The translations under genes were made by a program, and so were the position numbers. The notes below the pieces were generated by a model, which saw only the letters and a list, made by a program, of their open reading frames with translations, was not told where the DNA came from and did no database searches. From Bryobacterales bacterium (lineage in GTDB: Bacteria; Acidobacteriota; Terriglobia; Bryobacterales; UBA6623), in contig OY729428.2 in the NCBI GenBank assembly GCA_963422375.2, forward strand, positions 3,424,001 to 3,488,000: DNA of 64,000 nt. Reading direction: 5' to 3'. This document shows, in pieces, positions 10,680-21,781 of the stretch (position 1 is the stretch's first letter; each line of letters opens with the position of its first letter).

Positions 10680-11942
10680 ATGCAGGCCGAAGTCATCGCG
10701 GTCGGATCGGAGCTGCTCACCCCGGCCAAGATCGACACCAACTCGCTGTACCTCGCGCGCAAGCTGGGCGAGCGGGGCATCCCCCTCGTGCGCAAGTCGG
10801 TCGTCGGGGACGACCGGCAACGCCTCGCCGCCGAGATCGCGCGGGCCCGCGAGAGATCCGGCCTCGTGATTCTCAGCGGCGGCCTGGGCCCGACGCTGGA
10901 CGACCTCACGCGCGAGGCCGCCGCCGACGCGACCGGGCGCGCGCTGGCGCTGCGCGAGTCGATCGTGCGGGACATCGAGGAGCGCTTCCGCCGCTTCGGG
11001 CGCCCCATGGCCGAAGTCAACAAGCGCCAGGCCTACGTTCTCGACGGAGCCGAGATCCTGCCCAACCCCCGCGGCACCGCGCCGGGCCAGTGGCTGGAGG
11101 AGGGCGTCGGAATCCTAGTCTTGCTGCCGGGCCCGCCGCGCGAGCTGGAGCCCTTGTTCGAGGCGTCCTGCCTGCCCCGGCTCGAGGGCCGCGCGCCGGC
11201 GGCGCGCTACTGCACCAGCGTCCTGCGCGTAACCGGCATCGGGGAGTCCGATCTCGAGCAACGCATAGCGCCCATCTATGCCGGCGCGGATGGAATCGAG
11301 ACGACCATCCTGTCGGCGCCGGGCGACGTGCAGGTGCATCTGCGCGCCCGCGCGGAGCGCGAAGAGGAAGCCCGCGCCCTGTCCGAGGAGCTCGGCGAGC
11401 GGGTTCGCTCCGAGCTCGGCGACCTCGTGTACTCGCGCGACGGGACCTCGCTGGATGCGACGGTGGCGCGCCTGCTGCGCGCGCAGGGCCGCAGGCTCGG
11501 CGCGGCCGAGAGCTGCACGGGCGGCCTGCTGGCGGGCCGCCTGACCGACCTGCCCGGCAGCTCCGAATTCTTCGCCGGGGGGTTCGTCGCGTACTGCGAG
11601 GCGGCCAAGAGCGCCTGGCTGGGGGTGGACCCGGCAATCATCGACGCGCACGGGGCGGTCAGCGCGGAGACGGCCGCCGCCATGGCCGAGCGAGCCCGCG
11701 ATCACGCACTGCAGGCGCTGGGCGGTCCCGCCATCGGCGTCTCGACCACCGGTGTTGCGGGCCCCGGCGGGGGAACCGCCGCGGCACCGGTCGGAACGGT
11801 CTACCTAGGGATCGCGGACGAGCGCGGCTCGAGCGCCCGGCGCCGCAGGTTCGGCCGCGGGCGCCGACGGATACGGGCCTTGGCGGTGCAGGGCGCTCTC
11901 GATCTAGTGCGCCGCCGCGTCCTCGGCCTCCCGGGGGCCTGA
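10680..11942 (+). CDS. cinA: Competence/damage-inducible protein A (CinA; molybdopterin-binding-like plus PncC domain)
   Basis: AEVIAVGSELL, DTNS, GGLGPTLDDLTR, NPRGTAPG, AESCTGG, GVAGPGGG. Confidence 0.92.
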   Translation: MQAEVIAVGSELLTPAKIDTNSLYLARKLGERGIPLVRKSVVGDDRQRLAAEIARARERSGLVILSGGLGPTLDDLTREAAADATGRALALRESIVRDIEERFRRFGRPMAEVNKRQAYVLDGAEILPNPRGTAPGQWLEEGVGILVLLPGPPRELEPLFEASCLPRLEGRAPAARYCTSVLRVTGIGESDLEQRIAPIYAGADGIETTILSAPGDVQVHLRARAEREEEARALSEELGERVRSELGDLVYSRDGTSLDATVARLLRAQGRRLGAAESCTGGLLAGRLTDLPGSSEFFAGGFVAYCEAAKSAWLGVDPAIIDAHGAVSAETAAAMAERARDHALQALGGPAIGVSTTGVAGPGGGTAAAPVGTVYLGIADERGSSARRRRFGRGRRRIRALAVQGALDLVRRRVLGLPGA

Positions 11943-12449
11943 CAACGACCGCGGCCGCCGCGCCAAGGCCTCCCGCAAGCGGGCCGGCGTCGAGCCCCGG
12001 CAGCAGCGCTTCGGAATGACGTACTGCTGGCCCGGGCCCGGCGACAGGAGAAAGCTGCGGCGCGTCTCGCCGACGTCCCAGAGATCCTCCCACGCGATCC
12101 AGTCGCTCCGGCCCGCGGCGCGGATCTCGACACCGCTCGCGGCCACGCGATACAGCAGCCGTCGCGGCCTGCCGCCCGATTTCCGAAAGTCCTTGCGAGT
12201 CAGCCAACACGCCAGCGCGAGCGCCAAGCAGCCCGGCGCCGCCGCGACCGCGGCCGCCCACGTGACGGCCCCTCCCCAGATCGCGGCCGCCGCGACGGCG
12301 AGCCCGACCGAGGCGCCGTAGACGGCCAGCGCCGCGCGAGCGCGGCGGGCGAACTGCGCGAGGGCGCCGTGCAGCGCGTCGCCGTAGCGCACCTCGGCGA
12401 GAATCTCGAAAGTCTCGGGACCGGGCTGGGGCCAAGCTGGCGTTTCCAT
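11904..12449 (-). CDS. YcxB-like membrane protein
   Basis: Two TM segments followed by IAWEDL..VGETRRSFLL...YVIPKR. Confidence 0.6.
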   Translation of the reverse strand: METPAWPQPGPETFEILAEVRYGDALHGALAQFARRARAALAVYGASVGLAVAAAAIWGGAVTWAAAVAAAPGCLALALACWLTRKDFRKSGGRPRRLLYRVAASGVEIRAAGRSDWIAWEDLWDVGETRRSFLLSPGPGQQYVIPKRCCRGSTPARLREALARRPRSLSGPREAEDAAAH

Positions 12450-12487
12450 CGAATCGGACCGCGGCGGGCTCGGCCCGCTCGCGAGCG

Positions 12488-13294
12488 CTACGGCTCGGGC
12501 GCGACTACCTCGCTGCCGTATTCCACGACGGTGTCAACGATACCGACCTCGACCCGGCGGTTCTTCGCGCGGGCTTCGCGCGACCTGCCGGGCGCGCGCG
12601 GGCTCGACAAGCCGAAGCTCTTGGCGTCGATGATGTCGCCGGGAATCCCGGCCCCGGCCAAATAGTCGCGCACCGCGGCGGCGCGGCGCTCGGAAAGGCC
12701 GCGGTTGTAGGCGGGGTCGCCTTGGTCGTCGGTATGGCCGTACACGAAGACCCGGTACCCGTAGGACGCCAGCAGCACGCCCGCGATGCGGCTCAGGATC
12801 TCGCGGTTCTCGGGTCGCAGGTCCGCCTTGTCGAAGTCGAACAGGAACGAGTCCTCCGTGAGCTGGACCACCATGCCCATCGGAGTCCGGTCGGTTTGCG
12901 CGACGCGCCCCAGCGCCTCTTGCATGCGATCGAGTTCGGCCATGCGCTGCGTTCGCAAGCGCTCTGCCGTGCGGCCTTTCCGGGCCGCCTCCTCCTGGGC
13001 CTGCGCGGCGTCCTGGCGCGATCTCTCGGCTTCCGAGCGGGCGGAGTCGCGATCGAGCAGGGCCTGCTGGAGCGCCTTTCCCGCGAGCCTCTCCCGGCCC
13101 ACGGCGTCGCGCACCTGGCGCAGGAGATCCCGCTCCGCGGCGTGCGACTCGGACAGCGCGGCGCGCGATTGAGACAGAGACTTGTCGAGCGATTCGACGT
13201 GCTTCCACAGCCTCCATGTCGCGAAGCCCACCGCGAGCAGCAGCGGGAGGCAGACGAACAGCGCGATCCGTTCGGTAGGGCGACGGAGGGGCAT
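12488..13294 (-). CDS. OmpA/MotB-domain protein with N-terminal TM and coiled coil
   Basis: LFDFDKADL, GHTDDQG, NRGLSERRA, KNRRVEV. Confidence 0.88.
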   Translation of the reverse strand: MPLRRPTERIALFVCLPLLLAVGFATWRLWKHVESLDKSLSQSRAALSESHAAERDLLRQVRDAVGRERLAGKALQQALLDRDSARSEAERSRQDAAQAQEEAARKGRTAERLRTQRMAELDRMQEALGRVAQTDRTPMGMVVQLTEDSFLFDFDKADLRPENREILSRIAGVLLASYGYRVFVYGHTDDQGDPAYNRGLSERRAAAVRDYLAGAGIPGDIIDAKSFGLSSPRAPGRSREARAKNRRVEVGIVDTVVEYGSEVVAPEP

Positions 13295-13360
13295 TCCCCG
13301 CTTATTGTCGCAGGCCAAGGCGCGGCCCTGCCCCCGAGGGTTCGGTCAGGCAGGGGCTCG

Positions 13361-13648
13361 CTAGAAGCGGAAGCGGCGCGGATCCTGTTCGGGCATCTCC
13401 TTGCGGAAGGTGTTCAGCAGCACGCGGTGGAACGCGCACAGCTTGCCGTCCGGGGCAGGGTGCCCGCACTTGATGCAGCGGGCCGCCTCGCCCCGGCTGC
13501 CGTCGGCGCCGCGGAGCTGGTTGCCATTCGCGTTGCGCCTAGGCCGGCCGCTCGGCCGGCTCCCGTCGCCCCCGGACCGCGGCCGCCCGTTCGGAGCCGC
13601 CCGCCGGCGGGGCCCGTTGCCCGTCCGCCTGATGGTGTGGTCTTGCAT
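13361..13648 (-). CDS. Small basic protein with C-x2-C-x9-C-x2-H putative zinc finger
   Basis: GAAGAG before ATG at 13648; Arg/Gly-rich N-terminus, then CIKCGHPAPDGKLCAFH. Confidence 0.55.
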   Translation of the reverse strand: MQDHTIRRTGNGPRRRAAPNGRPRSGGDGSRPSGRPRRNANGNQLRGADGSRGEAARCIKCGHPAPDGKLCAFHRVLLNTFRKEMPEQDPRRFRF

Positions 13649-13734
13649 GTCTCTTCGTCGGAGCGCTCCGCCAGCAGCCGGCGGGCGCCGGAAATTCGTG
13701 GCCTCGGAGTCCGAGGCCGGCGGGACGGGCTGGC

Positions 13735-14310
13735 CTAGTTGGCGACGCCCGCGCCCTCGGCCGGGTGCGCGGCGTCGTACGCAGTGATGATCGCGTTGGT
13801 GATGTTCACTTCGTTGACCGCGTAGAGCACCGGGCTCTGCGGGTTCGAGATGTCCAGGACGACCTGGTACCCCTGGCCCTTGGAGTAGCTGGTGATGATC
13901 CCCATCATCTTCGTGCCGACGTCGTTGAACAGCTGGCTCTGCTCCTGCGAGAACTCCCCGCGGGCATCCTCCATCGCCCGCTGCAGGTCGACCTCCGCCT
14001 TCTGGATGTCGCGCGCGAGGTTGCGCCGAGCCTGCTCGCTCATGGTGTTGGCGCCCTTCTGGTACTGGTCCTGCATCCGGGCGACCTCGCCCTGCTTCGA
14101 CTCGAGCCGCTGCTGCGTGGGCCGGTACTTCTCCTCCAGCTGCCGTATCAGCCTCTGGCCCTCCGCCGTGCGCGAGATCGCCTCCTGCACGTTGAGGATG
14201 GCTACGCTTGGCACCTGCGCGAAGGCGCCGCCCGCCAGCAGGGTGCAGGCCGCCGCCGAGCGCAAGGCCGCTCCCGCGGGCCCTCGACCGATCCAACGCA
14301 TTGCGATCAT
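13735..14310 (-). CDS. skp: OmpH/Skp periplasmic chaperone
   Basis: Signal peptide, VAILNVQEAI..TAEG, helical coiled coil, VLYA..NIT; directly downstream of bamA. Confidence 0.85.
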   Translation of the reverse strand: MIAMRWIGRGPAGAALRSAAACTLLAGGAFAQVPSVAILNVQEAISRTAEGQRLIRQLEEKYRPTQQRLESKQGEVARMQDQYQKGANTMSEQARRNLARDIQKAEVDLQRAMEDARGEFSQEQSQLFNDVGTKMMGIITSYSKGQGYQVVLDISNPQSPVLYAVNEVNITNAIITAYDAAHPAEGAGVAN

Positions 14311-14409
14311 TCTCGAACCTTCCGTCGCCCCGGGGCCCGGCGCCCCGGACCATTTCCAGCATACCACCCATCCTCGCGACGGGGCCGGGCGCGCCCCCGC
14401 CGCGGCCGC

Positions 14410-17343
14410 CTAGAATGTCCGGCTGATCGTGAAGCGGAACATCGAGCGCCGCTCGAAGAACGGCAGCCACGTCCCGACCGGGCGCACCGCCTCGATGAAC
14501 GAGTTGTAGTTCGGGAACAGCGACCGGTCCGCCACGATCGGCGGCCTGAGGTACTCCTGGACGCGCATCGGGTTGTAGGCCCAGTAGAAGCGGAAGGGCG
14601 CGTTCACGACCGGCATCATCACCTGCAGCTCGAGGCCGGTCGAGCTACGGATCTTCTGCGTGGGGCCGATGACGCCGATTTGCTCCTCGAAGCCCGCCTG
14701 CGGGAATTTCTTGTTCAGCTCCAAGGCGCGGCCGGGGTTCAGGCGTACTTGATTCATGCGCAGGATCTTGTTGAAACCGATATCCCAGAAGGGCGCCAGC
14801 GTGACGGGCCCGAACAGCTTTATACGGTACTCGAAGTTGTAGACGAAGCGCGTGTCGCCGCCGGGGAAGTTGAGCCGGTAGACGGGCACCTCCGTCGAGA
14901 CCGGCACGCGCTCCTCGACGCCGTTCACGATCCGGACCTGCGTGCGCGACGTGCCGTTGTCGTTGAGGACCCGCACGCTGGTGAAGTCGGGAATCCAGAC
15001 CATCGGGCTGATCGACCAGATCTGGAAGCCGCGGACGTCGTTCTCGCCGCCCATGAAGGAGCGGTTGAACGGCGGCGGCACGCGCCCGCCGTAGCCGCTG
15101 AGGAACGAGAACAGCCCGCGCATCGCGATGGTGCGACGGCCGCCGTGCGGCCGGAAGTACTTCGCCTCGACCGTGGGCTGGATGAAGCGAGCGTTGCCGC
15201 CGAAGCCCGCCACCGCCACGCTCGCGTACACGCTCTTGCCCTTCGACGGGGTGATCGGATGGTCCACCGTGTTGTAGAAGTAGCCCGGCGTGATCTGGCT
15301 GGTGGTGATGCCTTGCAGCGAGTTGGGGCCCGACACGCCCTCGAAGTTGAGGTAGGTGAACAGGTTGGTGGCCGACTTGCTGAAGGTGACGATGTTGGAG
15401 CGGCGGAAGCTGTAGGTCAGGCTCAGCCGCGCGAAGCTGCGCCGCAGCGGGTAGCTGAGGAAGGTCGTGAAGCCCGCCGAGGTCTGCCGGTAGTCGAGGA
15501 TGTTCTCCTGGCCGAGCTGGTTGAACAGCGGGATCAGGTTCGCGCCGGCGAAGATCGACGCCTCGCGGGCCTGGTTGAAGCTGAAGCGGCTAGAGAAGAC
15601 GGTGAAGCCCGCCTGGATCGGCTTGTCGAACAGGTACGGCTCGGTGTAGCCGAACTGCAGCACGCGCTCGCGGCTGCCGAGCTGCGCGTCGAAGGACAGC
15701 GTCTCGCCCAGGCCGAGGAAGTTGTTCGTCGCGTAGCCGAAACCGATGAAGCTGCCCGCGAAGCCCGACACGCCGCCGTTGAGGTTGATCATGTTGCGGC
15801 CGCGCTCCTTGACCTTGAGCGTGAGGTCGACCAGCCCGTCGCGCGTGTTGCGCGTGATGACGGTGTCCGTCTCGGGCCCCTCCGTCTTGATCGGGTCGAA
15901 GTAGCCCAACTGGTTCAGGCGCAGCATGCTCACGTCCCACACGCGCGTGTTGAACATGTCCCCCTCGTCGAGCAGAATCTCGCGCCGGATAACCTTGTCG
16001 CGCGTCGTGCTGTTGCCTTCGAACTCGATCCGGCGCACGAAGAACTGCTTGCCCTCGTCCACCGAGAGGTTGAGGTCGATCCTAGGCGGGTCGTCGTCCT
16101 CGCGGAACTCGAAGCTAGGCTCGGCCACGAAGTCGATGTAGCCGAACTCGCCGTAGAGCTTCTTGAGGTTCTCCATGCCCTTGCGCAGCTTCTCCACGTC
16201 GAAGATCGCGCCGTCCTGCATGGCGAACACCGGGCCGAGCACCTGGTCGGGCACGCGGAACAGCTCGACGTCGGTGAAGCTGAGCTTGCCGCGCAGGTAC
16301 TGCGGGCCCTCCTCGACCAGCAGGTCGATGTCGGCGTGCTTCTTGGGCTTGCTGAACAGCATCGACCACGGGATCAGGAACGTGCCGCGGCCGGGCATGT
16401 CGCGGACGTCCAATTCGTGCTGGAGGACATTGGCCTTGAAGTAGCCGCGCTTCTGGTAGGCGTTGCGCAGGCGCTCCTTGTCCTCCTCGAGCTTGCGCAC
16501 GTCGAAGGTGCGCCGGAACAGGCTCTCCAAGACGATGCTGCGCGGGATGCCGAGGGGCTTGGTGTTCTTCATCGCCCGCCGGGCGTTGCGGGGGCTCATC
16601 ACGCTCAGGCCCTCGAATCTGACCTGGCCGACCTTGACCTTGGGGCCCTCGTCGATGTTGAAGACCACCTCCACCGACGCGGGCGGTATCTGGCGCACCT
16701 CGGGATTGACCTCGGCGTACTGCCGCCCTCGCTCGCCCAGCAGCTCGCGCAGCACGTAGGCGGCCCGGTTGACCGTAGTCGGGTCGTAGCGGGACTCGAC
16801 CGTGAGGCCCACGTTGCGCTCCTTGAAGCGCTCCAGGATGTCGGAGAGCGTGGCCGACTTGTTGCCCTCGTAGCGGATCGTGCGCACGACCCGGCGCTCG
16901 GTCACGAGGAAGCGGACGATCTTGCCCTGCTCCCCGTCTTCGACCTCCAGCCGCAGGTCGTCGAAATAGCCGGTGTTCCACAGCACCATGAAGTCCCGGC
17001 GCAGGGTCTGCGGGTCGAACAGGTCGCCGCGCTTGGTGAATATCCGCGCGGCGAGGCTGTCGCGCGGGATCCGCCGCGTGCCGCGGAAGGCGACCTCCTC
17101 GACGATATCCTCGCCGGGGCGGCGCTGGACCTGCTGCTGCTCCTCCTCGACATCCTCGAACGGGGACTGCGGATCCGGAGTCTCGAGCGGGACCTCCTCG
17201 AACGGCGAGACAGGCTGCTGCGCCTGCGCCAACAGGTACGGGCGGGGCGGGGCGGGGCTCTCGTCCGATACCTGCGCCTGCGCGAGGGGTGCGAGCGCGA
17301 CGACGAGGAGCGCGGCGATTAGTGTCGGACGTCTCGAAATCAT
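14410..17343 (-). CDS. bamA: Outer-membrane protein assembly factor BamA
   Basis: POTRA repeats (FEGNSTTRDKVIRRE), GGENDVRGF loop-6 motif, C-terminal Phe. Confidence 0.95.
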   Translation of the reverse strand: MISRRPTLIAALLVVALAPLAQAQVSDESPAPPRPYLLAQAQQPVSPFEEVPLETPDPQSPFEDVEEEQQQVQRRPGEDIVEEVAFRGTRRIPRDSLAARIFTKRGDLFDPQTLRRDFMVLWNTGYFDDLRLEVEDGEQGKIVRFLVTERRVVRTIRYEGNKSATLSDILERFKERNVGLTVESRYDPTTVNRAAYVLRELLGERGRQYAEVNPEVRQIPPASVEVVFNIDEGPKVKVGQVRFEGLSVMSPRNARRAMKNTKPLGIPRSIVLESLFRRTFDVRKLEEDKERLRNAYQKRGYFKANVLQHELDVRDMPGRGTFLIPWSMLFSKPKKHADIDLLVEEGPQYLRGKLSFTDVELFRVPDQVLGPVFAMQDGAIFDVEKLRKGMENLKKLYGEFGYIDFVAEPSFEFREDDDPPRIDLNLSVDEGKQFFVRRIEFEGNSTTRDKVIRREILLDEGDMFNTRVWDVSMLRLNQLGYFDPIKTEGPETDTVITRNTRDGLVDLTLKVKERGRNMINLNGGVSGFAGSFIGFGYATNNFLGLGETLSFDAQLGSRERVLQFGYTEPYLFDKPIQAGFTVFSSRFSFNQAREASIFAGANLIPLFNQLGQENILDYRQTSAGFTTFLSYPLRRSFARLSLTYSFRRSNIVTFSKSATNLFTYLNFEGVSGPNSLQGITTSQITPGYFYNTVDHPITPSKGKSVYASVAVAGFGGNARFIQPTVEAKYFRPHGGRRTIAMRGLFSFLSGYGGRVPPPFNRSFMGGENDVRGFQIWSISPMVWIPDFTSVRVLNDNGTSRTQVRIVNGVEERVPVSTEVPVYRLNFPGGDTRFVYNFEYRIKLFGPVTLAPFWDIGFNKILRMNQVRLNPGRALELNKKFPQAGFEEQIGVIGPTQKIRSSTGLELQVMMPVVNAPFRFYWAYNPMRVQEYLRPPIVADRSLFPNYNSFIEAVRPVGTWLPFFERRSMFRFTISRTF

Positions 17344-17522
17344 GAACGGGGCTGGCTAGGGAACGGGGCGGCCGGAAGGCTCTTGAGCGGAATACGCATC
17401 CTCTTTAGCGGCGGGTTCAACGGGGGCTTGCCGAGCGGCCGGGCGTTAGCGGGCCCTCCGGGACCAGCCGCCGGGCAGATGCGCCCGGGCCCCGCCCGCG
17501 CCGCTCCGGAGGAATGGCTAGC

Positions 17523-18260
17523 TCACTCGGGGCGCTTGAACTCGATGAGGAAGTCCCCTAAATTCCCATCGTAGCTCAATTCCAGATGCTTGCGCTTGGT
17601 CCGCGCCGGAATCTCGAAATACAGGTAGCCGGATACCGGGCTGTCCTTCGCCGCCAGCGGCAGCTCCAGCTCCCGCAGGCGCGTCAGAACGGGAGTGTCG
17701 GACTCCCGGCGGGCGTCGACGGTCTGGCGCCCCTCGCCCTGCGCGCCGCCGCCCACGACGGCCGGCGGCGCTCCCAGCCGGCGCGGCCGCGTGCCCGTGC
17801 CCGGGGCGCCGCCCCAGACGGGTCCGCCCGCGGGCTCCGCGAAGACGGAGCCGCCCGACGACGTCGGCTTGGTTCCGAGAGCGAGCACGGCGCTGCCCGC
17901 GACGCGGTCCGGAGAGACCGCGGGCGACATGTCGTTCCTGTTGCGGGCCCGCAGCAAGAAGTCGGATCGGTCCAGCTCAATGGCGGAGCCGTACAGGGGG
18001 CGCATCCGCAGCTCCACGAGGATCACGTCGCCTTCGAACCGGTCGCCAGCCAGCCGCTCGATTTCAGCCGCGTCGCGGACGAGACGCGCCTGGAATTCCG
18101 CGTCGCGAACCTCTCGCGAGTACCACTCGGGAAGGCTGGCCGCGACCGCGAGCGCGGCCAGAGCCAGCACGAGCGGCATGGTTCGCAGGGTCGGGGCAAG
18201 GTTGCGTCCGGTCGGCCGCGGGCCGGCCGCGCGATCACGCGGGAAGAGGCGGCGCGTCAT
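17523..18260 (-). CDS. Hypothetical exported protein
   Basis: Coding-like high-GC3 ORF; PLVLALAALAVAA signal; ...VSGYLYFEIP C-terminus; start uncertain. Confidence 0.6.
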   Translation of the reverse strand: MTRRLFPRDRAAGPRPTGRNLAPTLRTMPLVLALAALAVAASLPEWYSREVRDAEFQARLVRDAAEIERLAGDRFEGDVILVELRMRPLYGSAIELDRSDFLLRARNRNDMSPAVSPDRVAGSAVLALGTKPTSSGGSVFAEPAGGPVWGGAPGTGTRPRRLGAPPAVVGGGAQGEGRQTVDARRESDTPVLTRLRELELPLAAKDSPVSGYLYFEIPARTKRKHLELSYDGNLGDFLIEFKRPE

Positions 18261-18829
18261 GAAATATCCGATGGTCCCGCAAGCGCATCCTCGATGGCCC
18301 GCGAGAAATGCGACTTCGGGCGGGACCCGACGTGGCGCGAGTGAATGGTGCCGTCCATGCGGACGACGTACGTGGCAGGCAGCCCGATCCGGTCTCCGAA
18401 GAAGGTCTGATTGACGCTCGGCTGCGAGAGCAGGACCGGATCGTTCGGATCGAGTTCCTCGACGTAGGGCAGCACCGCGCCCCAGCCCTCGCGGTCCACG
18501 GAAACCGCCGCGACAGAGAAGCCGGAGTCGCGGTACTCGTGCTGGAACTGCTTGAACCAAGGCATCCCCGTGCGGCAGGGCCCGCGCCACGTCGCCCAGA
18601 AGTTCGGCAGGACAACCTTGCCCGCGGAGTCGCTGCTCGTCCAGACCCTTCCGTCCGCGTCCGGGAGGTCGGAGGGAGGCAGCGCGTCGCCGCGGTCCGG
18701 CACGGCCGATTTCGCGCCGTCCGAGCCCCGAGGTGCGCGAAGGGTCTCGAGCCTCTCCCCGGGGCCGCCCGTCAAGGCGCCCGAGATGGCGAGGCCGGTG
18801 GTGCCGACGCTGATTCCGAGGGCAGTCAC
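18257..18829 (-). pseudogene. TlpA-like redoxin with broken CxxC (WATWRGPC)
   Basis: GKVVLPNFWATWRGPCRTGMP...GLPATYVVRMDG; first Cys and other conserved residues substituted; 5' end unclear. Confidence 0.7.
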
Positions 18830-19156
18830 GATGTAGGACGATGACTAGGAACTTGATCGCCTTGAGGCGCCCGGCCATCCCCCTAGCCGAACCGGCGACC
18901 TGCGCGAACTCATCGCGCGGAACGCTGATCTCCTCGCTGTTGGGACTCCCAGGCAGTTCCCCTCTTTCCGGCCTCCCGCCGCGCGTGGGCCGCCTGCGCA
19001 AGGCAACCTTCGTCCAAGCGCCGCCAGAATCACGGTGCCTTCAGCATAAACCCTGATCCCCGGCCAGTCTAGGGCCGATCACGGTTCTCAGCGACGCACC
19101 CCCCGGGGACCGGCCCGCGCGCCCTTCCGCCAAGCCGGTCCGGCCCCGGCCGGCCG

Positions 19157-21081
<1,925 letters not shown>

Positions 21082-21085
<4 letters not shown>

Positions 21086-21717
21086 TTCTCCGAGTGTAAC
21101 GAGGGGTCCCGACCCCGGGAACGCAGGCGGGCAAGGCCTCGGATGACAGCCCGGGCGGACTCCCGCGGAGGAGCGGCCCCGTCTACCACCAAGTCGGCGC
21201 GGTCACGGGCCGGCAGGACGTGCTCACGGAACATCGGCGCGACATCGCGTCGCCACTGCTCCCGGACGGACGCGACGGTCCGGCCTCGCTGCGTCGTGTC
21301 GCGAGCGATCCGCCGGGAAAGGCAGAGCGCCTCGGGCGCGTCCACGAACACCGCCAGGTCGAGCGCCGCCCGGACGCGCGGGTGCCAGTGAGCGAACAGA
21401 CCCTCCAGCACCAGCAGCTCGCACGGGGCGAGGCGCTCGCCGCCCGCAACCCGGGCGTGGGTCGCGAAGTCGTAGCGCGGCACGGCTATCGCCCGGCTCG
21501 CGGCGAGGGACGACAGGTGGCGCACCAGCAGGTCCCAGCCGATGGCGGACGGGGCGTCGAAGTTGACTGCTTCCCGCTCGCGGCCGACCAGCCCGGACAG
21601 GTCGCGGTAGTACGCGTCCGTGCTCAGCACGCCGACCCCTTCGAGCGTGGCGTCGATCTCGCGGGCGATGCGGGTCTTGCCCGATCCCGAGCGACCGGCG
21701 ATGCCGACGGCGACCAT
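21082..21717 (-). CDS. udk: Uridine kinase
   Basis: GIAGRSGSGKT, DAYYRD, NFDAP, PRYDFATH, LEGLF, RRIARD..RGR. Confidence 0.88.
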
Positions 21718-21781
21718 CTACTTGCGGGCCTTCGCGGCCCGGCCGGAGCGGCGCGCTAGGGACGCGACGCGACGCGACCGG

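Noticed and set aside
11904..11942. Convergent 3' overlap of cinA and the YcxB-like gene (also amidase/ATL at 38648-38688)
   Set aside because: Short convergent overlaps are common in GC-rich genomes; no sign of special function
13765..17322. 1185-aa plus-strand ORF, and similar long antisense or alternate-frame ORFs (e.g. 19895-21391, 21620-23185, 37120-38745, 51784-53466)
   Set aside because: Shadow ORFs of well-supported genes; stop codons are scarce in high-GC DNA
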